DNA from: Chiloscyllium plagiosum
Lineage: Eukaryota
NCBI RefSeq assembly: GCF_004010195.1
Contig: NC_057719.1
Location: 75,988,882-76,052,881 of the forward strand
Direction: 5' to 3'
Length of the DNA: 64,000 bases
Under the pieces are notes generated by a model. It was not told the DNA's origin, ran no database searches, and saw only the letters and a program-made list of their open reading frames with translations. Each line of letters starts with the position of its first letter. Within the stretch, counting starts at the first letter, position 1. Both the position numbers and the translations under genes were made by a program. This document shows positions 26,296 to 37,835 of this stretch, one piece after another.

Positions 26296-27220
26296 CCTGC
26301 CACCCTGGCACTCTAACCCTGTGATCCACTGCCAGCCTGTTTCCAGGCATACCATTTCCTAGGAGCTGTCAAAACAGTTGGCTGGAGTGCTGGGCACTTA
26401 GATTGCAGAATAACAGCTTCCTGTAAAAAGTGGGGAATGGTTTGAATTCTTCTGAGCATCCTGCATGACATCGGATCTGCTAAAATTCGGGGAATCTCTG
26501 CATTTCTGAAGCTGCTGTGATTGGAATGTCCTGTGAGAAGTGTGGAGCGCTGCCTTTATGAATAGAGTGGCAGTCTGTCTGTGACTGCCGCATCTCAGAG
26601 TACCCAAATTTTGAAAATTTGTCCTCTTCATGCCCGTCGTCATGACACCGAGAATGATTTTTCTGATCCCTATTATGGTAATGTGGCGAAGGGGGAGCGA
26701 AGTTATATTCATACATTTCCTCATAGCTCAACCAAGGAGTAATATTTCAGCTCTCTGTGCATGCCCACTGCAAACCGGAGAAGGAAAATGTGGATGCGGA
26801 GCATGATAGGAGCAAAAACGCAAAGTAGAATGTAGGCGGATGCTGGAGAGGGCATGAGATTCTGACTGTATCAGTTCTTCATCACAATGAAGAGGCAATG
26901 AGTCAGCCTCCCCCAGAAAAGCATCTATTGATTCATGTACAAGCTATGATGCTGTTAACAATAAGTAGTGCTTCTAACATGTCAGACAGAGCACACTGTG
27001 TTGTGGAACAAATTGGTGTGCTATACTTCCATTCACAATGATGGAGGGGAAATAATGCAATATGTCATGTGATCCAGACTTAGTATCAGCTTGTTCTGAG
27101 GAAGGCACCAACTCAGAAACACCTACAAGTTCTCTACCTGTGTTAGACCATTACCAATTTCTCAAATCCTTAATAGATTAACCAAAATATTTTTGTGCTA
27201 ATCTTCTCCTTGATTAATAC

Positions 27221-27456
27221 TGAAGTAACTCCACAGAGGCCAGTATCCCATCACCAAGTCACCCTTTATTTATACATGGAGAGTCCTTGACACTGATCCA
27301 GCTCCCTCAGATCAAGCCTCATGAGTGAACAAAACCTCTGACATTCCTGTTTATATCTGTCAGCCAAGGTTCCCTGATTGGATCAGATTAACAGCCCCAA
27401 TCAGGGAACATATATTCCATGAGGTCCACCAGGTTAACCTCATTGCAATTATTACC
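27221..27456 (-). mobile_element. Short solo LTR-like element
   Basis: Minus strand has a tataaa box and aataaagggtgacttggtga, ending in ...ttacttca; internal ccctgattgg/ccaatcaggg dyad. Confidence 0.55.
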
Positions 27457-27899
27457 TTGCTACATCAGTTCTGATGAAAGATCATTGACTTGAATTATTG
27501 AATTGTTGGAATGAATTTTCCCTTTTTCTAAAAAACAAATGTGGGCAGGAGCATGCTGACAAGCGGGATCATCCCTACAGCTGAGACAACTCACTGCATC
27601 GCCTGCCAACCAGCTCACTATGAGGCTGGGTGAGTTTCTCTGGGAATCCCAGGCCTCACCAGGAGCAGCTGGCTAGTGAGAAGGTGGTAGTTACCAGGTC
27701 CTAAGGAGTGCTTATGCAGACCTACTCCTGAAGGAATCCAGTGTTGTGACGGTAATACTCTTTATATTCTTCTCATGAGGTGGGGTTTGCAGTGAGTGGT
27801 GTTTTGGAAGTCAGGGCAGAGTATTAGCTTTCAGTGGCATTAGTGTGCTTCCCATTGCTCTCAGAATGGGCAATTGGTGGACCCGCCCAACCCCCAAAG

Positions 27900-28050
27900 C
27901 ACACACACACACACACACACACACGTGTGTACACAGACACACATACACACGTTCATACAAACATCAGTACAGATACGGGTTCATACAGACACACGTACAC
28001 ACACACGTGTATACACACCCACACACACGTGCGCGTGCACACACACACAC
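27900..28050. repeat. (CA)n microsatellite, imperfect
   Basis: Direct observation. Confidence 0.95.
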
Positions 28051-29249
28051 TAGCTTATGCTGGTCGACCATCAGGAAACTAGCAACATTTCTTGCCTACA
28101 AGAAGGCAGGGAATCAGGCAGTGGCAGGTTGTGGCCTTTAAGTGAGTGCTAATGGAGCATTCAACGACCTTCATTGGTTCTGGATCACAAAGGCAACTCG
28201 AGAACCTGAATCAGTGGGTAGCAAGAGGGGAAATGATGGGGTGAATTGGAGAGAAGATTCTCACCAGCTAAAATGTGAGGAAAATCATGCCTGTTAACTC
28301 TGCTCCTCTCCATAATGCTGCACCGGAGATTTTCTGCTCTTGTTTCAGGATTCCAGCATCTGCAGTATTTTGCATTTGCTGTGCTTTGATGTTTATCAGG
28401 GCAAGGAGAAAAAAAACACAACACAGTGCATCCAACCAGTTATTCATCTGGTTACTGCAATTGATGAAATTGATGTGATTACCATGGGCACTCATCTTTG
28501 CAGATTCTGAGTATGATGAATTTTTAACTATAATCAAATCATTATATCGGAATTAGATTGCTACAGTTGCAGTTTAATATGCACTGATTAAAAATTCTTT
28601 CATTGTGGCATCTTTGCAATTTCTCTGTGGCCCAGCAGTAATATTCTTGTCTCCAAATGAAATGCTGTTCCAAAAAATCTACAAAATCTGGTTTAACATT
28701 CCAGCGCAATATCAAAAAGATGTTGTCTTTTGGATGAGACTTTAAACTAAGGTTATATGTGCTCTAGTAGGTGAACACAAAACATCCCGTGGCAGTATTT
28801 CTATCTTATCCAATACGTACATTATCACATTGCTGCACATATAGCAACTGTGCTGTCAGCAAACTTCCACCTTCCACATGTCAAGAGTCACTACACTTCA
28901 ACTATACTTCATTGGCTGTCAAACTGCTTTGGGTGTGTCCAGAGGTTGTGGAAGACGCTAGATAAACTTAAGTCTCTCTTACCTTCTGACAATAAATGAA
29001 GTGTATAAATTTGGATAAATCAATGGCAAATTTGCAATCAGAGCCAAAATTCTCACACTGTGCTGACACTCAGCCAGGTTTATTCTCTTTTCAAAGTTAC
29101 TCTGCCTTTCGATTAATTAGATCCATCTAATGAATTCTAAAAGTGGCTTTTGTTTTGGAATTCATCCAGCTAAATAAAATCCTCTAATAACACTGAACTC
29201 CGCTGTGATGAGACCTCCTTTCTCATGTCTCTCTCGTAAGGTAGTGTTA

Positions 29250-29526
29250 GCTCAGTCAAGTGCAATAAATCCTTCCCAGAATTCGCAACAAAATTTAAAG
29301 AAACAACTTGATGCTTTTTATTGTCCAAATTGGAAGGGTCTTGTTCTGTGTTGTAGACCTCTATGACTCTCTGTAGGTCACATTTACCTACATAGTAATG
29401 CATTGAAATTTACCATGAAACTTAAATATTGTCCTTATATTTCTGATTTTGACAATAAAAGGCATCAAGTTGTTTCTTTAAATTTTATTGCGAATTTTGG
29501 GAAGGATCTGTTGCACTTGACTGAGC
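29250..29526. repeat. Inverted repeat, 81-bp arms, 6 mismatches, 115-bp spacer
   Basis: 29250-29330 aligned by eye to the reverse complement of 29446-29526. Confidence 0.92.
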
Positions 29527-31570
29527 CTATCTGTTCAACAACAGCTCAGCATTACAGTAACTGTCGCAGAACACAATCCACAGCAGGGTGATTTCTTATT
29601 ACTGGATTGCTGAATACAGTGACAAAAACTGTCTGACAGTTCTTTTTACGATGACACTTTGCAAAAAGTGTCATAATGGGTTTCTGAAACAGCTTACATT
29701 GCTGTATTCCACACTCTAAAGAGAAACGGTACCAAAAATTGGCAAGTGAATCCGAATCTTGAAGGTGACCACTCAGCCCATCCGGACCAGTGTCAGATCT
29801 TTGAACAAGCCGACCAATTAGTTGCACACCTTTCTCCTGCCTGATCTCCCTTCAATTTTTATTTTCGTTCTCAACTGTTCATCTTTCGAAAGTCACTGCT
29901 GAATGAGTATCTGTCAGCCTTTTAGGTAGTACGCTCAAAGTCACAAAAAATCTCCTCATCTCCCCTATGCTAATTGTTCCAAACATTTCCAACCCTCTTT
30001 CCAGTGTTCATTTACAGAGCAAGTCTTACTCTCAGTGCTGCTCTGCAGAGATTGTATCTGGTGTACGAATCCATCTCATAAGGAGCTTTACAATCAACTT
30101 TTATTCCTCAGTTTTAAAGATTCATTTTCTTTCAGGCTTCATTGTTATCTGGGAAAATATAGACCACAAACTTCATGGAGTCGAAATGTAGAAAATCACT
30201 TTGTGGAACGTTTTGGACATCACCAAAATTTAAGACTAGCCAAAGGCAGGAAAGCCAATGAACATGGGCTTAGCTGCTTGTTTTTGACTGGTGCAGAGGG
30301 GCCTTTGGTCTGTGTTTTCGACCTCTGTGCCTCTATGTAGGTCACATGTACCATCAAACTCTCAATGCTTAAATATTATCTTTATATTGTAAGTCAAAAT
30401 GGAGGAGCATGTGTTCCTGGGGTGACACCAATTTACCTGTCACTATGATGGTGACGTATTCAATATTGTCGGCAATTACAGACAGGGAGTTTTGTTTTAG
30501 TGACTAAGGTCTTCTTGATTCATTGAGATCCAAGTGTTCTGAGTACACTTTCTGTACTGCTCAGAAGGGAGGTTCAGGACTTTGTCCCAGTAACACTGAG
30601 GAAACAGAGCAAAATCAGGATGGTGTGTGGCTTGGAGGAGAAAGTGCAGGGAATAGTACTTGGATGTATCGGTTTTGTCATTGTCCCTCTAGGTAGTAGA
30701 GGTTGTGGTATTGGAAAGTCTTTTCGAAAGAGCCTTGGCAAGTTCCTACATTGCTGCTACTGTGCTTTGGTGGTAGACATAGTGAAAGTTTAAAGGTGCC
30801 AGTCAGGTGGGTTCTTTTGTTCATGACGTTTCTCAAGAGCTGTTGGAGATGTACTCATCTTGGGAAGTGGGAAATATTCCAGCACTCTCCTGGTTTGAAT
30901 CTTGCTGATGGTGGATAGGCTTCGATGATCTTTGTCAGTTGGTATCTGTTGAGAAACCAACCTATAGTAACAGGATGCTCACTCCATGCTAACACAAAGA
31001 CCTTGTGTGCAGACTTTGGAACACTTGACCAGACTTGAGATCTCAGTTCTGGTTGTATCATATAACCAGAGGTTTTATCTACACATTTTGTGATCATAGC
31101 GATATTTTAAACTCTTTTTAAATAAACCTACTGCACACTTAGAAGCTACTGTCACCTTTGCATTGCTCTGAGACAGATTAATATACAAGACACCAGTCTA
31201 TTGCACTTCTGACACATAAGCCTATTTTTACTGAGGTACAACTGCACGGAAACTCATGTTTGTTGCAGAAGTAATAATGCGGATGCAGCAACCACAAAGT
31301 TTAAGCCTTTGAGATATTTATCCACCTTCAGGGCAAGTGATTTATAGTGGAATTAATTATTCTGAGGGAACCATCATTTTCTTGGTTTCCAGAATATGTA
31401 AGGCAAAATTGCTGTACTCCAAGCAAATTATAAGTGTAGTGTTTAGGGATTTAGTGTGCCAAATGATTTGCTCTATACATTGTAATGACATGCTGTGGAA
31501 TAAATGAATCAGAACATCATTAGAATCATCAGTCCTGTTGACAACTGCATGTGTTGGTCACCACCAGATT

Positions 31571-31576
31571 TTTATT
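31571..31576 (-). promoter_or_regulatory. Candidate polyadenylation signal (AATAAA) for the DESI2-family transcript
   Basis: TTTATT on plus, about 1.7 kb downstream of the stop, in an AT-rich non-repetitive tract. Position only; no transcript evidence. Confidence 0.25.
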
Positions 31577-31689
31577 CAACACATTTTTCCTAAATTGTAA
31601 AACAAAATAAGTATTGTTTGAACACAGCCACTCCTACTGTCCTTATGGCAGTATTGTGTCCTTGTTGCCTGTCAGATTCCCATTGTACT

Positions 31690-32740
31690 CATAACCTGGT
31701 AAAGTGCTCCCTACTGAATGTACATCAGTACGATACCTGACTGTGTGTGTATCATTTACCATCTCTGACGAGCTGTGTGCCAGTATGGAATCTCCCTGTG
31801 TCTGGATAGTGCCTCCTATGTCTAAGTGTCAGCACAGCACCCCTACTGTGTCGGTACACTATCCATGTCTGTGTCAGTACAGAGTGCCCGTCAGTGTATC
31901 AACATTCCACTGTATCCCAGTACAGTAACCCTGTATGTGTGGCAGTTCAATGGCCTCCTATTGTCTGTGTGCCAGTACAGCATCTCCAGTTGTTGGTGTG
32001 TCTGTATAATACGCCGTCCTGGTGATAGTACAGTTCTTCTGTCTGTTAGTCAGTCCAGCTGTCCTCCCTGTAGGTCAGTATAGTACCACTGTCTATGTGT
32101 CATTACAGCTAAATACCTATACCTGTGATTCAGTAGAGTTTCCTGCCTGTGTCAGTATACTATTCCCGTCTATGAGTCAGTGCAGTTCCCCCGTCTGTCA
32201 ATACAGTACCTCTGTGTGTGCCTGTACTGTATACATGTTTGTGTTGGTACCATACCCTTGTCAGTGTCAGTACAGTACATCTGTTTATCAGTACAGTTTT
32301 CCAGTCTATGCGACAATATAATCTACCTGACTGTATATTATACAGTTCCCTTGCCTGTGCATCAGTACATTGCTCCCTTGTCTATTGTCAACACAGTAAC
32401 TCTGAGCGTCAGTGAGGTTTCCTTATCTGTGTGTTATTACATTCCATCCATATGCCAGTGTAATAGCCTCCTTTGTCTGTGTGCCAATCTGGCACCTCTG
32501 ATTATCCTTGTGTCTGTACAGTATATGTGTGTGAGTGCCTTTATCTGTGCGTTAGCCTAACGTTCATGTATGTGTAACAGTAGTCCTATCTGTCAGTCGG
32601 TACAATAGCCCTATCTGTGAGACAGTACAGTACCTGTTTCTGTTTGTCAATGCAGTTCCCTGGTCTGTGTGTCAGTATGATACTCATATAAGTGTTCAGT
32701 GGAGTATTCCCTACTCCACTGTGTCTGTACAAAGTTCATT
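31690..32740. repeat. Degenerate minisatellite-like array (~25-30-bp units built on cagtacagt...tgtctgtgtgt)
   Basis: Recurrent gtcagtacag/cagtatag and tgtctgtgtg motifs over about 1 kb. Confidence 0.7.
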
Positions 32741-33238
32741 GGACTGAGGTCCGAAATCTGTTTGAAGAATACTGTGCCACCTTTGAACAAAAAAATAGCA
32801 AAAGCCTACATGATACAAATCCTCAACTCAGTAGGGCTTCCAGTCAGATTGTTCCATTTGACAAACCTTTTTGATATCATTATTAACACTGCTGGGTGTT
32901 CTTCTTGATCAGACGTTGCAATTGACAGCAGTCTTATTGACGGAGATTTCAGTTGAAGAGAAAAAGTTGGTTGTCAAGGTGAAACGTGCACAATTAAAAC
33001 TGTTGAAAAGTTCTGGACTAGCATCTGGGATGTGGCTTCTTGGCTATGCCTGACACCCAACTGTTACGTCCTTGATGGTCACACTTGACCACCATGTCGT
33101 CCCCTCTCGCTCGCAATGCCTCGCCACAGCAGTTTCCACCCACCTGTACTTTAAAGGCTCTGACGGAACGTCTACAAAAGAAGACAGGTATGAAAAACCG
33201 GAAAAAGGGGTCAGAGAGGCCGCAGGTCAGAGGCACAG

Positions 33239-33487
33239 TTAGACTCGAGTGTGTCTGCAGGTCCTGGTGGTCCCTGAAGCGGTCGCAGTGGAGCCTGAGG
33301 TGGAAGGGGACTCATCGTTTCCTGGGTCACTCTGATCGTCCTTGTTTAGGCCTTGGCTGCTGATGTGGCTTTGCAGAGCTGCGGGCGTGAGCCACTCCTT
33401 GGGGAGACAGCTCTGGAGGAATGGGATGCAGGAACTGAAGTATGCCAGCCGGTTCACCCAGCGAGGGATCTCCTTTCCGCACAGAAT
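33239..33487 (-). CDS. DESI2: Last coding exon of a desumoylating isopeptidase 2 (DESI2/PPPDE1) family gene, possibly a desi2-like paralogue
   Basis: Minus-strand acceptor ttgtcttgttgtcttccag, then a phase-0 frame [41 protein letters not shown]...RHTRV-TAA (83 codons including stop). The first 40 aa are nearly identical to the recalled vertebrate DESI2 final exon ([40 protein letters not shown]). Upstream exons were not seen in the window. Confidence 0.93.
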   Translation of the reverse strand: MLCGKEIPRWVNRLAYFSSCIPFLQSCLPKEWLTPAALQSHISSQGLNKDDQSDPGNDESPSTSGSTATASGTTRTCRHTRV

Positions 33488-33724
33488 CTGGAAGACAACA
33501 AGACAAAGCTTCAGGCATTTAGAAACCAATTCCCCGGCAAGCCACGCCTGAACGCAAGCAATTCTGCGCCTGGATCTGCTAACAAAATGTACGAAAACAC
33601 AAAGCAAGTTCAGCAACTTTCTAAAAGTCCTTCTAATAAACAGTTACATGGATTTTATCTGGATGGTTCCAGTTCACTTCCCATCAGGACTTATTCTGAA
33701 ATGACATTCCTGGATGTTGAAAAA

Positions 33725-34025
33725 GGTAGCGGAGTCCAGAACTAGAGGGCTTAAGCTTAGGATGAGAGGTGAAAGATATAAAAGGGACCTAAGGGAACAC
33801 CTTTTTCATGCAGAGGGTGGTGTGTGTGTGGAATGAGCTGCCGGAGGAAGTGGAGGAGGCTGGTGCAGTTACAACATCTAAAAGGCATCTGGATGGGATT
33901 TATGAATAGGAAGGGTTTACAGGGATATGGGCAAATGGGACTAGATTAAGTTGGGGTAGCTGGTCAGCATGTACGGGTTGGACCGAAGGGTCTGTTTCCA
34001 TGCTGTACATCTCTATAACTCTATA
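33725..34025 (+). mobile_element. CR1 LINE 3' end
   Basis: gagtccagaactagagggc...ggaatgagctgccggaggaagtgg...ctctataactctataa. Confidence 0.88.
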
Positions 34026-37000
34026 ACAGCCGGAATGGCGGCAGTGGAGGTTGGGAGCTGAAACCCCAGAGCCCGTTACAGAGAATCCAGCCAATGTCAA
34101 GCAGCAACTGGAGGAGCAACGAGGAGGAACAAGAAGAAGTGCTGGATACTCTCTTTTCCTTCTTAGAATGACCAGTCGCCAATAGGTAAAACTTGGAGAA
34201 TTTTTTTTATTAAGAAGCAACGACAGTTCTGGTTCCCAAGAACAAGTGTGTAACTGTGTCAATTCTACATTCGGCTTGCGTTTTTAAACATTAAAATGCT
34301 GATAGCTTTATCTAATTATATTTCATTTTCAAGCCTTAGCAACACAGTCAGCCAATTACAACATGGCATTCAGTCAGTAAGTCAGTTGACTTGACATCAG
34401 GTTGTGGTAGCTTGTGTACCTGTTTCAATAAATTGTTCAACACTCTATTAGGTAACCCTATTCGAAGCAGAAACAAATTTAACTGTTATACAATATTAAC
34501 TCAATCAGATAAGCTGTTTCCTTATAGTTTTAACTGTTATACAATATTAGCTCAATCACACTGCTTTTGTTTCTCCCCACAGAACAGAGGGAGATGAACT
34601 CTATTGCAGTAAAATCTTGCATTATATTTAGTATTTCAAGATGGCGTCAGAATGCGGTGACGTTTTGCACTTTACATGCAATAAAACATTTTCACTGTAT
34701 TTGTAGACACATGTGATGGTAAATCTAAGTCTAAATGCAATCTAATTCCTTTTTGCTCAGGTGGGAACCACACACATTGAGAAACTTATGGATATCCAGT
34801 GTCATTATCAAGCAGTCAGTACCTTATCAATGCCAAGACGTTAAGCCTATCACAGGCCTAGTGTATGATTGTTTTCTCCACTTACTAGATTCTGAATCTT
34901 TATTCCACCATTGTTGACATTAAGTGGCTTTTCACTTCTTTGGGCATCGCCCAGGGACTGTGCCACTGAAAGAATGCCATCAACATACTATCAAACGCCA
35001 AAGGTTCATTGACATATGTTCACCCTCCTGTCTCCCCTGGTGAATGGTGCAGAGTGCTGGAAAGAATTTCCTATTTTCTCATGGGATCAATAGCAAGGCC
35101 TGCATTTGTTGTGCATCCCAAACTGCCTTTGAACTGAGCGGCTTGTTGAGCTGCTTCAGAGGCCAATTAAGGGTCAATTATTGGAGTCATGAGTAGGCCA
35201 GACCAGGTAAAGGCAGTAGATTCCCTTCCATAAAATGTAATAGTGAACCAGATGAGTTTTTACAACAATCAATGATAATAGTCCTGGTCACTATTATTGA
35301 GATTAGCTTTGTATTCCAGATGTACTAATTAAATCTGAATTCCATAAGCTATCATGGCGGGATTTTTAGAAAGAGCTTTAACCTGAATTTCTGGATTATG
35401 AGTCCGATAACACGACCACTATGCCCCTTTGCAGAATGGATAGCAATCTATTGAACTTTGTTGGGAACAAGTTGCCATCTAAACCTAAAAGTAGGAATGC
35501 TGCCAACTGAGCCCCCAGAACTTCACAGCTAATTCTAAAGTTTACAAAATAGTACATGGAATTTTTAAACAAAAACCTGTCTTGTAAAGCTCAACACCTT
35601 TCCTGGCTAAAGTGACACTGTATGTGCATTTATAGATATCACCTTACTTCAGGAAGTGTTACTGAGTAATTATCAAAAGTAATTTTGAGTTAGCATTTAC
35701 TTAGACAGTTTCTTAACAAACTGCAACGTAGCAATGAGGCAGGTGTAAACTATGGAATTAGTAAGTTTACGAGGAGTAGCCAATGTATTATCTATTGCAA
35801 ATCAGTCCTACCATTGCTTTAGACAGCATGGTCTGAGGAGGACTTCACTAATAAGCAACAGATAAACAACGACAATTGTCGAATCTGTGTTAAACAACTA
35901 CAATTGCACAGAACAGCTGCATGTAGAGCTGCGTCGAAGCTGAATAAAGCTGTTCTATTTGAACCTTGGCTTTTGATGGACCTGCTAACAAGTTAAGCAG
36001 AAGTAGATACATTGGAGTCACGCTGTAATCACCCTGTACAGTCTAATCAGGTGGGTTGAAGGTGAGAGCTCTCCATCTGTACACAGAAATGTGAAAGAGT
36101 TGAAAGCAGAAAAGGGGACGAAACTCCATTTCCTCACTCAAAAGTATTACAAGACCGAGGGATTGAATTGTGCTTGAAACCAGGTGAGCAAAATCAGGAT
36201 GTGTTCTACACGCTGCAGTAGGAGTGCAGGAAATTGGCATGGAATGATCACAATCATGAATTAAGCTAACAGCCAGCACTCTCTATGTCTGAGAGATTAG
36301 GAAATCAGAGGAGCCAGCCTCTTTTACAGGGCAAGTCCACTTGGGCTGCACAGAGCATGGAACGATTCTCTATGGAACAAAATTGGCGAGAGGAAACACG
36401 AGGCTGGGTCCCAGGTTCTTGGGCACAATATTAGAATTCCTATTCCAGAGTATTGACAGGAAGAGGGCAGGCAGCTGGCCAGACAACACATTCTCAGCCA
36501 ATGAGGAGAGATCGCTGAGTAGGCCAAAGACAGCAGGTTAGCTCAAGGGGCGGTAGAAACGTAGAAAAAGTTCAATGGTCTCAGCAGGGATGTTAGCCAA
36601 TGAATCTGATATCTAAAGCACCAAGTTCCTCCAGCGAAACCTCCATTCGGGGTGCCCGATCCTGTGTCCCAGTTCCTATTTATGGATGCCAGTGATTTGT
36701 CATTCCCATCATCACTTCTCGAAAATATGAATTGGGGCTTGTGACAGGTAATGACAGTACATCCTAGTGAAGGGTTAGTTTCTTTTTTTCCCACTGGTGG
36801 AGAGATTTACTGTACCTGAAATAAATGAGAGGAACGAGGGGTGGCTGTCAGTGTGAAGGAAGCGCAGAAATTAAAAGCTGGCGAGAGCTGCTACAGTTCT
36901 ATCGTGTCAATTGTGCAGAGTGAGGAATGGAAATATAAACAAAGAGGAGGATAAAACATGCAGAAACCTTCCACCAAACCACCTCCAATTTTGCCTGCGT

Positions 37001-37114
37001 AGTGCAGTTTGGTACCGAGCTTGTAGGAGAGTAGTGGGAAGTGACAGCAGGGGTACTGTGAATAAAACTGTAACTGGTGAAGTTGGGAGCACAGTGTAAG
37101 AGAGTTGCATTGTT

Positions 37115-37835
37115 ACCCTATTCTGACAAGTTCAGTGAGTGGGTAAATGCATATGGATGCACTATAATGTGGATAACTGTGCTGTTGTCCACAATGGCAA
37201 CAGAATTTGGAAGGCAGATTATTATCTGGGTGATGATAGATTGGGAAAGGGGGAAGTGCAACGAGATTGGGTGTCTTTGTTCCCCACTGAGTGTTGCATG
37301 CATTTTGGCCTCTGTATCTGAGGAGGGATGTTCTGGCAATGGAGGGAGTGAAATGAAGTTTTACCAGACTGATTCCTGTGATGTCAGGACTAATATATGA
37401 AGGGAGACTGGATTGGTAAGGACTGTGTTCACTGAGTTGAGAAGAATGACGAGGATCTGTCATAAAAAAACCTATAAAATTCTGTTAGGACTAGACAGAA
37501 TAAATGCAGAATGTTCCTGATGACTGGGGAGTCTGGAACCAGGGTGATAGTCTACGGATACAGAGTCGACTTATTAGGATTAAGATGAGGAGAAATGTCT
37601 TCACTTACAGACTGATGAGCCTGTGCAATTCTCTGCCACAGAAAACAGTTGAGGCAAAAACATTGAATGTTTTCAAGAAGGAGTTAGATATAGTTCTTAG
37701 GGATAAAGGGATCAAAAGGTCTGGGGAGAAATGGGAACAGGATACTGGGTTGGATGATAAGCCATGATCATATTGAATGGCGGAACAGATTCAACGGGCT
37801 GACTGACGATCTTCTGCTCCTGTTTTGTATGTGAA
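37115..37835 (+). mobile_element. CR1 LINE fragment
   Basis: MRRNVFTYRLMSLCNSLPQKTVEAKTLNVFKKELD. Confidence 0.85.

Larger units (their letters stand above)
2606..29728 (+). pseudogene. Decayed multi-exon gene with RGS-domain-like motifs (RGSL1/RGS22-like, inferred)
   Basis: Exon relics with polypyrimidine-AG acceptors and mostly GT donors at ~2606-2760, 5023-5116, 8428-8488, 8606-8735, 9476-9572, 10968-11045, 13172-13231, ~14375-14689, 16707-16744, 20566-20808, 22502-22776, 23677-23793 and ~29555-29728. Peptides include HFHAYLYSVDSPSK/HPVFWQEA, LLCSHVDDDL/DFWGDM, KLVLNIIQSKYFK and EWFP. Many stops and frameshifts. Confidence 0.45.

Noticed and set aside
26353..26768. Two overlapping minus-strand ORFs (83 and 108 aa) bounded by AG/GT
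   Set aside because: No recognisable family, stops in all frames across the bounded unit, and possibly an old repeat.
29651..29674. Perfect 10-bp hairpin ATGACACTTT-GCAA-AAAGTGTCAT
   Set aside because: Too short to exceed chance convincingly in 64 kb, and no supporting context.
34478..34558. ~30-bp direct repeat separated by ~20 nt
   Set aside because: Only two copies; a simple local duplication, not a CRISPR-like array.
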